Shown one piece after another: positions 1 to 15,000 of a DNA stretch of 64,000 nucleotides. Numbering within the stretch: position 1 is the first letter of the stretch; every line of letters starts with the position of its first letter. The notes under the pieces were generated by a model. That model saw only the letters and a list, made by a program, of their open reading frames with translations, was not told the origin of the DNA and ran no database searches. The position numbers were made by a program, and so were the translations under genes. The stretch lies in the NCBI GenBank assembly GCA_023205875.1, contig CP060759.1, positions 930,001 through 994,000 on the forward strand, written 5' to 3'. This DNA is from Chloropicon primus (Eukaryota).

Positions 1-3000
1 AACCATGATCCAATGCATGCTGTGACAACAACAATGCTGTCTTCTGCTATCAGATATCCAAACCATACAAATTCAAACCAAAGGTTCTTGAATGTCCTTA
101 ACAACCAGTCCGAGCTTTGCGCAGTCACTCCACTTCAACGGTGGGACCGCATGGATTGGTATTCCTCACAGGGCTATGGGAACGACATCTATGTGCCCTT
201 TGGATACTGGCTTCCAGACCTCTGGACCTTCCAACCTGATGCACTAAGCATGACTTCCGCAGAATCCCTTTATGTGGACCCACAAGGAAGGAAGCTCCTG
301 GAGGTCACATGGGAGGCCATGTACAACACTCCTCTATCTTCAAACAAACATGCCAGAACAAATACAGGCGTTTATGTAGGATGTATGTACACAGAGTACC
401 CACATATCCTGAAGGGGGCAAACATGGCAAACAATGCTGGTACAGGTACTGGAAGCGGCATTAGCTTCCTTTGTGGTCGTGTTTCTTATGTGATGGGCTT
501 CAAAGGACCATGCATCAGCATAGATACTGCATGTTCCTCCTCCCTTGCAGCAACTCACTTGGGCAGGACAGCCATTATAGCACATGAATGTGATACAGCA
601 ACAATAGCAGGAACAAATATAATGATTGCACCACAAACAACCCAAGGTGTTTGCAATTTGCAAGCCCTTGCCGTGGATGGAAGATGCAAAACCCTTGATG
701 CAACTGCAAATGGATATGGCCGTGCCGAAGCTATTGCTGCCGTAATCATTGCAAATGCAAACGATACACACACGAACATGCTCAAAATGCCTGTCAACAT
801 CGTTGCATCTTTTGTGAACCAAGATGGAAGATCAAGCAGTCTGACTGCACCAAATGGGCCATCACAGTCAACACTCATCTCATCTGCTTTGAGGCAAGCA
901 AATCTGAAGCCAGAACAAATCAACCATGTTGTCATGCATGGAACAGGAACACCTCTGGGTGACCCAATTGAGGTTGGTGCCCTGGGACAAGCATTCCATT
1001 CAGATGACAAAGTTCATATGCTTGCACTTGCTGCAGTCAAGGTTGCTTTCGGACATACAGAAGGAGCAGCAGGACTCACGGGCCTACTTAGTGCAATGCA
1101 GTCGTGTAGCACGTTATGCATTCAACCGGTTACCGCATGCAGAAACATGAATGTTCATGTGCAGGGTGCAATCAAAGATCATAGAGATGGGCACAAAAGA
1201 GTCACTTCTGCAAGGATTCAACAAGGTCCTTGGTCATTCACTTGTGATGAAAACAATGACAAAGCAATCGCAGGGACAAGCTCGTTTGGCATGAGCGGAG
1301 TCAACAGTCACGGGGTTGTTGAAGCAAAACTTGCAGGCCATACTTACAATGCGCAGAGTATTGCATGGAACAACAAGCAAGTACTCTTCCCAATGGTTGG
1401 GTGTGCATTTGTGAAGGCTTCCTACAAAGCATCTACAAAACAACACCAAGTATTTGCGATTCAAATCAAGGACCACAACCTTCTGAGCTACATGGTCATG
1501 GGGAAATCCATTTTACCAGGTGCAGGATTCATGGAACTGTCATCAGCCTCTGCACGAGCTATGCTTAATCCAAACGTCTTACGTGATCTCAAACCAGTGC
1601 TTGCAAAGATATCAATTCCAGCCCCGATGCAGTTGGAACCAAACAAACATCAAATGATGCAATGTACGGTGGACACAGTGACCGGACAAGTAGGACTGAA
1701 AAGTCACAAAACCTGGAATCTCCAAGCCATATGGAAGAAACCAGTCAAACACTTGCCAGAGCGCCAAACCACACACCAAGATCAAAACGAGTGGAACAAA
1801 GGCATCATGGGTATAATGCACCACAATCAAGCTGCACACACAGCCAATGCAATTGCAACAGTCGCCAAAACATCAAATGACCTCTATGATTACACCGTCA
1901 ACCCAGCTGTGGGCGACGCAAATCTACAGCTTGGTGCCGTGGAAAGCGTGATTCGTTTGGCGAGCCAAGACAATGCTAGTCAAGAAACGCAAGTACCAAC
2001 GGGTTGCCATGCCTATTACATGGGCGACCAGTCAGATGCTCCAGCAGCATACACGGCAGTCTGTCAGAATGGCTCCCAAGCTGGCATCTCAAGCCATAGA
2101 CTAAAAAGTCTATGTGAAGAGATCAACTGTGCCTCAGTTCTCAATTTGCAAACCAAAGCAGCATTTAGATTGCAAAGTGCTTTGAATGCAGCCAACAGCC
2201 AACAGAAAGTGCAAGAAAAGGACATGCTCTTATCGGCTTTGGTGTGGTCAGCCTGCTATGCGACCCCTCTGGACTGCGCTGCTCATCAAAATGCAATAAT
2301 CGCAGGATCAAGGGACGCACAAGAGAATGTGCTTCTCGTGAAACTTGGAGACGCGCAATCCAATTTGGAGCATCCTCTCAAGATTGCATGCAGAAATGCA
2401 GGAGCTCTCTATTCATCATCTCATGTGGATAGTCCTGAAATGCAAGAGTACCTGACAAACACCTCAAAGTCGGTCCACGTTGTTTGCCTTGTCTCGCACC
2501 AGGCAAATGTTGCAAAGCAACTTGTAGGCCTTGCCAACCTTGTCAAAGCAGTGAACAAGTCAAACATGGAATCACCTAGTATCACTGTGGTTTTCTTGGA
2601 TTCACAAACGACCATGAACGTCCAACACAACACCTCAAAAGCATTGTGGGGAGCATGCAGGACGATGAGAATGGAGTACCCATCCTTGCAATTGACAACC
2701 ATTCAAATGGATGCACACATGGACAAGAGTCAGGCAGCTCTTTACCTCGTGTCAGAAATCCAAAACAAACATTCAACTGAAAAGGAAGTCATGTACAAGA
2801 ATGCGACACGATACATCAATACCATTGTGGAGAAGTATCCTTCTGCATCACAGCATCTCTCCCTCAATCCACATCTGGAAAAGCTCCAGAGAGGATCATA
2901 TGTTATCACAGGAGGTCTTGGAGGTCTGGGCCTTGTGACCGCGCAACTTCTTGCAGATATGGGAGCGACAAGCATATCTCTCCTCTCAAGAAGTGGCATC

Positions 3001-6000
3001 ATTCAGCGCACGGACCAAAACCTTAATGCCATTCTCGACAAAGTAAGAGAGAAAGCCAATGTGGAGGTTATCGCATGTGATGTGAGCAAAGAAGATCATG
3101 TGCGCAATCTCTACACAAAGCAAAACCATCCTTGTGTGGGAATTATACATGCTGCCGGTGTCTTACGAGATGGCCTTGCTGCAAATCTCAACCATACTCA
3201 GGTCCAACAGGTATTTGACCCAAAGATCAGTGGCGCTTTGCATTTGCATCACAACACACTCCTGCAGCCATTGCAGGTATGCATCATGTTCTCCTCCATA
3301 GCTTCACTCTATGGAAACATTGGTCAGACCTCCTACAGTGCAGCAAATACCTATCTTGATACTTTGGCTGCTCTAAGGCAAAACCAAGGCCTTCCTGCGG
3401 TCAGCATACAATGGCCAGCAATATCTGGCATTGGCATGTGGGAAGGTCTATCAAGTGTCCACAAGAAAACAACACCGTTCACGCTGTCTGTCGAGGGAGC
3501 TATCACATCTCTCAATAAGATTGTGAAGGACCTTTCATCCTTCACAATCACAACCGTGACGATTTTACCAAGGTGGATGATCTACGGAACCAGGGAAAAG
3601 AACAAAGCACACATGGCAGCAAAGGCGGATCCAAATGAAATCCAGCGGCAGCCAACAAGCGGAAGAAGCCAGAGCGTCAAATTCACATCTGTAGCTGTGT
3701 TGACTTCCCAAGTGCAAAATACAATTGAGCAAGCAGTCATAGATACTATTGGAGAAACCATTGACACGGAAAGTCCTCTCATGGAAGCAGGAGTCGACTC
3801 GCTTGCTTCATCAGAGCTTATCAACAAGATCAATGATGACATGGGAACCTCTTTGGGGCCCACAATCTTGTTCGACTATCCAACAATTCAGGATCTCACA
3901 CAGCACCTTGTGCAGACCCTCGAAGGACCTGACGCTACAGATCACGCCATTGAGGCTGTGGAGCGCATCCCAAACCATGATCCAATGCATGCTGTGACAA
4001 CAACAATGCTGTCTTCTGCTATCAGATATCCAAACCATACAAATTCAAACCAAAGGTTCTTGAATGTCCTTAACAACCAATCCGAGCTTTGCTCAGTCAC
4101 TCCACTTCAACGGTGGGACCGCATGGATTGGTATTCCTCACAGGGCTATGGGAACGACATCTATGTGCCCTTTGGATACTGGCTTCCAGACCTCTGGACA
4201 TTCCAACCTGATGCACTAAGCATGACTTCCGCAGAATCCCTTTATGTGGACCCACAAGGAAGGAAGCTCCTGGAGGTCACATGGGAGGCCATGTACAACA
4301 CTCCTCTATCTTCAAACAAACATGCCAGAACAAATACAGGTGTTTATGTAGGATGTTGTCAACAAGAATTTCAGCACATGCACTACTATCCTGAGAAAAA
4401 AGCACTCCTTACTGGATATAGCTTCCTTTGTGGTCGTGTTTCTTATGTGATGGGCTTCAAAGGACCATGCATCAGCATAGATACTGCATGTTCCTCCTCG
4501 CTTGCAGCAACTCACTTGGGCAGGACAGCCATTATAGCACATGAATGCGATACAGCAACAATAGCAGGAACAAATATAATGATTGCACCACAAACAACGC
4601 AAGCTATTTGCAATTTGCAAGCCCTTGCCGTGGATGGAAGATGCAAAACCCTTGATGCAACTGCAAATGGATATGGCCGTGCCGAAGCTATTGCTGCCGT
4701 AATCATTGCAAATGCAAACGATACACACACGAACATGCTCAAAATGCCTGTCAACATCGTTGCATCTTTTGTGAACCAAGATGGAAGATCAAGCAGTCTG
4801 ACTGCACCAAATGGGCCATCACAGTCAACACTCATCTCATCTGCTTTGAGGCAAGCAAATCTGAAGCCAGAACAAATCAACCATGTTGTCATGCATGGAA
4901 CAGGAACACCTCTGGGTGACCCAATTGAGGTTGGTGCCCTGGGACAAGCATTCCATTCAGATGACAAAGTTCATATGCTTGCACTTGCTGCAGTCAAGGT
5001 TGCTTTCGGACATACAGAAGGAGCAGCAGGACTCACGGGCCTACTTAGTGCAATGCAGTCGTGTAGCACGTTATGCATTCAACCGGTTACCGCATGCAGA
5101 AACATGAATGTTCATGTGCAGGGTGCAATCAAAGATCATAGAGATGGGCACAAAAGAGTCACTTCTGCAAGGATTCAACAAGGTCCTTGGTCATTCACTT
5201 GTGATGAAAACAATGACAAAGCAATCGCAGGGACAAGCTCGTTTGGCATGAGCGGAGTCAACAGTCACGGGGTTGTTGAAGCAAAACTTGCAGGTCATAC
5301 TTACAATGCGCAGAGTATTGCATGGAACAACAAGCAAGTACTCTTCCCAATGGTTGGGTGTGCATTTGTGAAGGCTTCCTACAAAGCATCTACAAAACAA
5401 CACCAAGTATTTGCGATTCAAATCAAGGACCACAACCTTCTGAGCTACATGGTCATGGGGAAATCCATTTTACCAGGTGCAGGATTCATGGAACTGTCAT
5501 CAGCCTCTGCACGAGCTATGCTCAATCCAAACGTCTTACGTGATCTCAAACCAGTGCTTGCAAAGATATCAATTCCAGCCCCGATGCAGTTGGAACCAAA
5601 CAAACATCAAATGATGCAATGTACGGTGGACACAGTGACCGGACAAGTAGGACTGAAAAGTCACAAAACCTGGAATCTCCAAGCCATATGGAAGAAACCA
5701 GTCAAACACTTGCCAGAGCGCCAAACCACACACCAAGATCAAAACGAGTGGAACAAAGGCATCATGGGTATAATGCACCACAATCAAGCTGCACACACAG
5801 CCAATGCAATTGCAACAGTCGCCAAAACATCAAATGACCTCTATGATTACACCGTCAACCCAGCTGTGGGCGACGCAAATCTACAGCTTGGTGCCGTGGA
5901 AAGCGTGATTCGTTTGGCGAGCCAAGACAATGCTAGTCAAGAAACGCAAGTACCAACGGGTTGCCATGCCTATTACATGGACGACCAGTCAGATGCTCCA

Positions 6001-9000
6001 GCAGCATACACGGCAGTCTGTCAGAATGGCTCCCAAGCTGGCATCTCAAGCCATAGACTAAAAAGTCTATGTGAAGAGATCAACTGTGCCTCAGTTCTCA
6101 ATTTGCAAACCAAAGCAGCATTTAGATCGCAAAGTGCTTTGAATGCAGCCAACAGCCAACAGAAAGTGCAAGAAAAGGACATGCTCTTATCGGCTTTGGT
6201 GTGGTCAGCCTGCTATGCGACCCCTCTGGACTGCGCTGCTCATCAAAATGCAATAATCGCAGGATCAAGGGACGCACAAGAGAATGTGCTTCTCGTGAAA
6301 CTTGGAGACGCGCAATCCAATTTGGAGCATCCTCTCAAGATTGCATGCAGAAATGCAGGAGCTCTCTATTCATCATCTCATGTGGATAGTCCTGAAATGC
6401 AAGAGTACCTGACAAACACCTCAAAGTCGGTCCACGTTGTTTGCCTTGTCTCGCACCAAGCAAATGTTGCAAAGCAACTTGTAGGCCTTGCCAACCTTGT
6501 CAAAGCGGTGAACAAGTCAAACATGGAATCACCTAGTATCACTGTGGTTTTCTTGGATTCACAAACGACCATGAACGTCCAACACAACACCTCAAAAGCA
6601 TTGTGGGGAGCATGCAGGACGATGAGAATGGAGTACCCATCCTTGCAATTGACAACCATTCAAATGGATGCACACATGGACAAGAGTCAGGCAGCTCTTT
6701 ACCTCGTGTCAGAAATCCAAAACAAACATTCAACTGAAAAGGAAGTCATGTACAAGAATGCGACACGATACATCAATACCATTGTGGAGAAGTATCCTTC
6801 TGCATCACAGCATCTCTCCCTCAATCCACATCTGGAAAAGCTCCAGAGAGGATCATATGTTATCACAGGAGGTCTTGGAGGTCTGGGCCTTGTGACCGCG
6901 CAACTTCTTGCAGATATGGGAGCGACAAGCATATCTCTCCTCTCAAGAAGTGGCATCATTCAGCGCACGGACCAAAACCTTAATGCCATTCTCGACAAAG
7001 TAAGAGAGAAAGCCAATGTGGAGGTTATCGCATGTGATGTGAGCAAAGAAGATCATGTGCGCAATCTCTACACAAAGCAAAACCATCCTTGTGTGGGAAT
7101 TATACATGCTGCCGGTGTCTTACGAGATGGCCTTGCTGCAAATCTCAACCATACTCAGGTCCAACAGGTATTTGACCCAAAGATCAGTGGCGCTTTGCAT
7201 TTGCATCACAACACACTCCTGCAGCCATTGCAGGTATGCATCATGTTCTCCTCCATAGCTTCACTCTATGGAAACATTGGTCAGACCTCCTACAGTGCAG
7301 CAAATACCTATCTTGATACATTGGCTGCTCTAAGGCAAAACCAAGGCCTTCCTGCGGTCAGCATACAATGGCCAGCAATATCTGGCATTGGCATGTGGGA
7401 AGGTCTATCAAGTGTCCACAAGAAAACAACACCGTTCACGCTGTCTATCGAGGGAGCTATCACATCTCTCAATAAGATTGTGAAGGACCTTTCATCCTTC
7501 ACAATCACAACCGTGACGATTTTACCAAGGTGGATGATCTACGGAACCAGGGAAAAGAACAAAGCACACATGGCAGCAAAGGCGGATCCAAATGAAATCC
7601 AGCGGCAGCCAACAAGCGGAAGAAGCCAGAGCGTCAAATTCACATCTGTAGCTGTGTTGACTTCCCAAGTGCAAAATACAATTGAGCAAGCAGTCATAGA
7701 TACTATTGGAGAAACCATTGACACGGAAAGTCCTCTCATGGAAGCAGGAGTCGACTCGCTTGCTTCATCAGAGCTTATCAACAAGATCAATGATGACATG
7801 GGAACCTCTTTGGCGCCCACAATCTTGTTCGACTATCCAACAATTCAGGATCTCACACAGCACCTTGTGCAGACCCTCAAAGGACCTGACGCTACAGATC
7901 ACGCCATTGAGGCTGTGGAGCGCATCCCAAACCATGATCCAATGCATGCTGTGACAACAACAATGCTGTCTTCTGCTATCAGATATCCAAACCATACAAA
8001 TTCAAACCAAAGGTTCTTGAATGTCCTTAACAACCAGTCCGAGCTTTGCTCAGTCACTCCACTTCAACGGTGGGACCGCATGGATTGGTATTCCTCACAG
8101 GGCTATGGGAACGACATCTATGTGCCCTTTGGATACTGGCTTCCAGACCTCTGGACCTTCCAACCTGATGCACTAAGCATGACTTCCGCAGAATCCCTTT
8201 ATGTGGACCCACAAGGAAGGAAGCTCCTGGAGGTCACATGGGAGGCCATGTACAACACTCCTCTATCTTCAAACAAACATGCCAGAACAAATACAGGTGT
8301 TTATGTAGGATGTTGTCAACAAGACTTTCAGCACATGCACTACTATCCTGAGAAAAAAGCACTCCTTACTGGATATAGCTTCCTTTGTGGTCGTGTTTCT
8401 TATGTGATGGGCTTCAAAGGACCATGCATCAGCATAGATACTGCATGTTCCTCCTCGCTTGCAGCAACTCACTTGGGCAGGACAGCCATTATAGCACATG
8501 AATGTGATACAGCAACAATAGCAGGAACAAATATAATGATTGCACCACAAACAACGCAAGCTATTTGCAATTTGCAAGCCCTTGCCGTGGATGGAAGATG
8601 CAAAACCCTTGATGCAACTGCAAATGGATATGGCCGTGCCGAAGCTATTGCTGCCGTAATCATTGCAAATGCAAACGATACACAAACGAACATGCTCAAA
8701 ATGCCTGTCAACATCGTTGCATCTTTTGTGAACCAAGATGGAAGATCAAGCAGTCTGACTGCACCAAATGGGCCATCACAGTCAACACTCATCTCATCTG
8801 CTTTGAGGCAAGCAAATCTGAAGCCAGAACAAATCAACCATGTTGTCATGCATGGAACAGGAACACCTCTGGGTGACCCAATTGAGGTTGGTGCCCTGGG
8901 ACAAGCATTCCATTCAGATGACAAAGTTCATATGCTTGCACTTGCTGCAGTCAAGGTTGCTTTTGGACATACAGAAGGAGCAGCAGGACTCACGGGCCTA

Positions 9001-12000
9001 CTTAGTGCAATGCAGTCGTGTAGCACGTTATGCATTCAACCGGTTACCGCATGCAGAAACATGAATGTTCATGTGCAGGGTGCAATCAAAGATCATAGAG
9101 ATGGGCACAAAAGAGTCACTTCTGCAAGGATTCAACAAGGTCCTTGGTCATTCACTTGTGATGAAAACAATGACAAAGCAATCGCAGGGACAAGCTCGTT
9201 TGGCATGAGCGGAGTCAACAGTCACGGGGTTGTTGAAGCAAAACTTGCAGGCCATACTTACAATGCGCAGAGTATTGCATGGAACAACAAGCAAGTACTC
9301 TTCCCAATGGTTGGGTGTGCATCTGTGAAGGCTTCCTACAAAGCACCTACAAAACAACACCAAGCATTTGCGATTCAAATCAAGGACCACAACCTGCTCG
9401 ACCACATGGTCATGGGGAAATCCATTTTACCAGGTGCAGGATTCATGGAACTGTCATCAGCCTCTGCACGAGCTATGCTTAATCCAAACGTCTTACGTGA
9501 TCTCAAACCAGTGCTTGCAAAGATATCAATTCCAGCCCCGATGCAGTTGGAACCAAACAAACATCAAATGATGCAATGTACGGTGGACACAGTGACCGGA
9601 CAAGTAGGACTGAAAAGTCACAAAACCTGGAATCTCCAAGCCATATGGAAGAAACCAGTCAAACACTTGCCAGAGCGCCAAACCACACACGAAGATCAAA
9701 ACGAGTGGAACAAAGGCATCATGGGTATAATGCACCACAATCAAGCTGCACACACAGCCAATGCAATTGCAACAGTCGCCAAAACATCAAATGACCTCTA
9801 TGATTACACCGTCAACCCAGCTGTGGGCGACGCAAATCTACAGCTTGGTGCCGTGGAAAGCGTGATTCGTTTGGCGAGCCAAGACAATGCTAGTCAAGAA
9901 ACGCAAGTACCAACGGGTTGCCATGCCTATTACATGGGCGACCAGTCAGATGCTCCAGCAGCATACACGGCAGTCTGTCAGAATGGCTCCCAAGCTGGCA
10001 TCTCAAGCCATAGACTAAAAAGTCTATGTGAAGAGATCAACTGTGCCTCAGTTCTCAATTTGCAAACCAAAGCAGCATTTAGATTGCAAAGTGCTTTGAA
10101 TGCAGCCAACAGCCAACAGAAAGTGCAAGAAAAGGACATGCTCTTATCGGCTTTGGTGTGGTCAGCCTGCTATGCGACCCCTCTGGACTGCGCTGCTCAT
10201 CAAAATGCAATAATCGCAGGATCAAGGGACGCACAAGAGAATGTGCTTCTCGTGAAACTTGGAGACGCGCAATCCAATTTGGAGCATCCTCTCAAGATTG
10301 CATGCAGAAATGCAGGAGCTCTCTATTCATCATCTCATGTGGATAGTCCTGAAATGCAAGAGTACCTGACAAACACCTCAAAGTCGGTCCACGTTGTTTG
10401 CCTTGTCTCGCACCAAGCAAATGTTGCAAAGCAACTTGTAGGCCTTGCCAACCTTGTCAAAGCGGTGAACAAGTCAAACATGGAATCACCTAGTATCACT
10501 GTGGTTTTCTTGGATTCACAAACGACCATGAACGTCCAACACAACACCTCAAAAGCATTGTGGGGAGCATGCAGGACGATGAGAATGGAGTACCCATCCT
10601 TGCAATTGACAACCATTCAAATGGATGCACACATGGACAAGAGTCAGGCAGCTCTTTACCTCGTGTCAGAAATCCAAAACAAACATTCAACTGAAAAGGA
10701 AGTCATGTACAAGAATGCGACACGATACATCAATACCATTGTGGAGAAGTATCCTTCTGCATCACAGCATCTCTCCCTCAATCCACATCTGGAAAAGCTC
10801 CAGAGAGGATCATATGTTATCACAGGAGGTCTTGGAGGTCTGGGTCTTGTGACCGCGCAACTTCTTGCAGATATGGGAGCGACAAGCATATCTCTCCTCT
10901 CAAGAAGTGGCATCATTCAGCGCACGGACCAAAACCTTAATGCCATTCTCGACAAAGTAAGAGAGAAAGCCAATGTGGAGGTTATCGCATGTGATGTGAG
11001 CAAAGAAGATCATGTGCGCAATCTCTACACAAAGCAAAACCATCCTTGTGTGGGAATTATACATGCTGCCGGTGTCTTACGAGATGGCCTTGCTGCAAAT
11101 CTCAACCATACTCAGGTCCAACAGGTATTTGACCCAAAGATCAGTGGCGCTTTGCATTTGCATCACAACACACTCCTGCAGCCATTGCAGGTATGCATCA
11201 TGTTCTCCTCCATAGCTTCACTCTATGGAAGCATTGGTCAGACCTCCTACAGTGCAGCAAATACCTATCTTGATACTTTGGCTGCTCTAAGGCAAAACCA
11301 AGGCCTTCCTGCGGTCAGCATACAATGGCCAGCAATATCTGGCATTGGCATGTGGGAAGGTCTATCAAGTGTCCACAAGAAAACAACACCGTTCACGCTG
11401 TCTGTCGAGGGAGCTATCACATCTCTCAATAAGATTCTGAAGGACCTTTCATCCTTCACAATCACAACCGTGACGATTTTACCAAGGTGGATGATCTACG
11501 GAACCAGGGAAAAGAACAAAGCACACATGGCAGCAAAGGCGGATCCAAATGAAATCCAGCGGCAGCCAACAAGCGGAAGAAGCCAGAGCGTCAAATTCAC
11601 ATCTGTAGCTGTGTTGACTTCCCAAGTGCAAAATACAATTGAGCAAGCAGTCATAGATACTATCGGAGAAACCATTGACACGGAAAGTCCTCTCATGGAA
11701 GCAGGAGTCGACTCGCTTGCTTCATCAGAGCTTATCAACAAGATCAATGATGACATGGGAACCTCTTTGGGGCCCACAATCTTGTTCGACTATCCAACAA
11801 TTCAGGATCTCACACAGCACCTTGTGCAGACCCTCAAAGGACCTGACGCTACAGATCACGCCATTGAGGCTGTGGAGCGCATCCCAAACCATGATCCAAT
11901 GCATGCTGTGACAACAACAATGCTGTCTTCTGCTATCAGATATCCAAACCATACAAATTCAAACCAAAGGTTCTTGAATGTCCTTAACAACCAATCCGAG

Positions 12001-15000
12001 CTTTGCGCAGTCACTCCACTTCAACGGTGGGACCGCATGGATTGGTATTCCTCACAGGGCTATGGGAACGACATCTATGTGCCCTTTGGATACTGGCTTC
12101 CAGACCTCTGGACATTCCAACCTGATGCACTAAGCATGACTTCCGCAGAATCCCTTTATGTGGACCCACAAGGAAGGAAGCTCCTGGAGGTCACATGGGA
12201 GGCCATGTACAACACTCCTCTATCTTCAAACAAACATGCCAGAACAAATACAGGTGTTTATGTAGGATGTATGTACACAGAGTATCCACATATCCTGAAG
12301 GGGGCAAATATGACAAACAATGCTGGTACAGGTACTGGAAGCGGCATTAGCTTCCTTTGTGGTCGTGTTTCTTATGTGATGGGCTTCAAAGGACCATGCA
12401 TCAGCATAGATACTGCATGTTCCTCCTCGCTTGCAGCAACTCACTTGGGCAGGACAGCCATTATAGCACATGAATGTGATACAGCAACAATAGCAGGAAC
12501 AAATATAATGATTGCACCACAAACAACGCAAGCTATTTGCAATTTGCAAGCCCTTGCCGTGGATGGAAGATGCAAAACCCTTGATGCAACTGCAAATGGA
12601 TATGGCCGTGCCGAAGCTATTGCTGCCGTAATCATTGCAAATGCAAACGATACATACACGAACATGCTCAAAATGCCTGTCAACATCGTTGCATCTTTTG
12701 TGAACCAAGATGGAAGATCAAGCAGTCTGACTGCACCAAATGGGCCATCACAGTCAACACTCATCTCATCTGCTTTGAGGCAAGCAAATCTGAAGCCAGA
12801 ACAAATCAACCATGTTGTCATGCATGGAACAGGAACACCTCTGGGTGACCCAATTGAGGTTGGTGCCCTGGGACAAGCATTCCATTCAGATGACAAAGTT
12901 CATATGCTTGCACTTGCTGCAGTCAAGGTTGCTTTCGGACATACAGAAGGAGCAGCAGGACTCACGGGCCTACTTAGTGCAATGCAGTCGTGTAGCACGT
13001 TATGCATTCAACCGGTTACCGCATGCAGAAACATGAATGTTCATGTGCAGGGTGCAATCAAAGATCATAGAGATGGGCACAAAAGAGTCACTTCTGCAAG
13101 GATTCAACAAGGTCCTTGGTCATTCACTTGTGATGAAAACAATGACAAAGCAATCGCAGGGACAAGCTCGTTTGGCATGAGCGGAGTCAACAGTCACGGG
13201 GTTGTTGAAGCAAAACTTGCAGGCCATACTTACAATGCGCAGAGTATTGCATGGAATAACAGGCAAGTACTCTTCCCAATGGTTGGGTGTGCATCTGTGA
13301 AGGCTTCCTACAAAGCACCTACAAAACAACACCAAGCATTTGCGATTCAAATCAAGGACCACAACCTGCTCGACCACATGGTCATGGGGAAATCCATTTT
13401 ACCAGGTGCAGGATTCATGGAACTGTCATCAGCCTCTGCACGAGCTATGCTTAATCCAAACGTCTTACGTGATCTCAAACCAGTGCTTGCAAAGATATCA
13501 ATTCCAGCCCCGATGCAGTTGGAACCAAACAAACATCAAATGATGCAATGTACGGTGGACACAGTGACCGGACAAGTAGGACTGAAAAGTCACAAAACCT
13601 GGAATCTCCAAGCCATATGGAAGAAACCAGTCAAACACTTGCCAGAGCGCCAAACCACACACGAAGATCAAAACGAGTGGAACAAAGGCATCATGGGTAT
13701 AATGCACCACAATCAAGCTGCACACACAGCCAATGCAATTGCAACAGTCGCCAAAACATCAAATGACCTCTATGATTACACCGTCAACCCAGCTGTGGGC
13801 GACGCAAATCTACAGCTTGGTGCCGTGGAAAGCGTGATTCGTTTGGCGAGCCAAGACAATGCTAGTCAAGAAACGCAAGTACCAACGGGTTGCCATGCCT
13901 ATTACATGGGCGACCAGTCAGATGCTCCAGCAGCATACACGGCAGTCTGTCAGAATGGCTCCCAAGCTGGCATCTCAAGCCATAGACTAAAAAGTCTATG
14001 TGAAGAGATCAACTGTGCCTCAGTTCTCAATTTGCAAACCAAAGCAGCATTTAGATTGCAAAGTGCTTTGAATGCAGCCAACAGCCAACAGAAAGTGCAA
14101 GAAAAGGACATGCTCTTATCGGCTTTGGTGTGGTCAGCCTGCTATGCGACCCCTCTGGACTGCGCTGCTCATCAAAATGCAATAATCGCAGGATCAAGGG
14201 ACGCACAAGAGAATGTGCTTCTCGTGAAACTTGGAGACGCGCAATCCAATTTGGAGCATCCTCTCAAGATTGCATGCAGAAATGCAGGAGCTCTCTATTC
14301 ATCATCTCATGTGGATAGTCCTGAAATGCAAGAGTACCTGACAAACACCTCAAAGTCGGTCCACGTTGTTTGCCTTGTCTCGCACCAAGCAAATGTTGCA
14401 AAGCAACTTGTAGGCCTTGCCAACCTTGTCAAAGCGGTGAACAAGTCAAACATGGAATCACCTAGTATCACTGTGGTTTTCTTGGATTCACAAACGACCA
14501 TGAACGTCCAACACAACACCTCAAAAGCATTGTGGGGAGCATGCAGGACGATGAGAATGGAGTACCCATCCTTGCAATTGACAACCATTCAAATGGATGC
14601 ACACATGGACAAGAGTCAGGCAGCTCTTTACCTCGTGTCAGAAATCCAAAACAAACATTCAACTGAAAAGGAAGTCATGTACAAGAATGCGACACGATAC
14701 ATCAATACCATTGTGGAGAAGTATCCTTCTGCATCACAGCATCTCTCCCTCAATCCACATCTGGAAAAGCTCCAGAGAGGATCATATGTTATCACAGGAG
14801 GTCTTGGAGGTCTGGGTCTTGTGACCGCGCAACTTCTTGCAGATATGGGAGCGACAAGCATATCTCTCCTCTCAAGAAGTGGCATCATTCAGCGCACGGA
14901 CCAAAACCTTAATGCCATTCTCGACAAAGTAAGAGAGAAAGCCAATGTGGAGGTTATCGCATGTGATGTGAGCAAAGAAGATCATGTGCGCAATCTCTAC

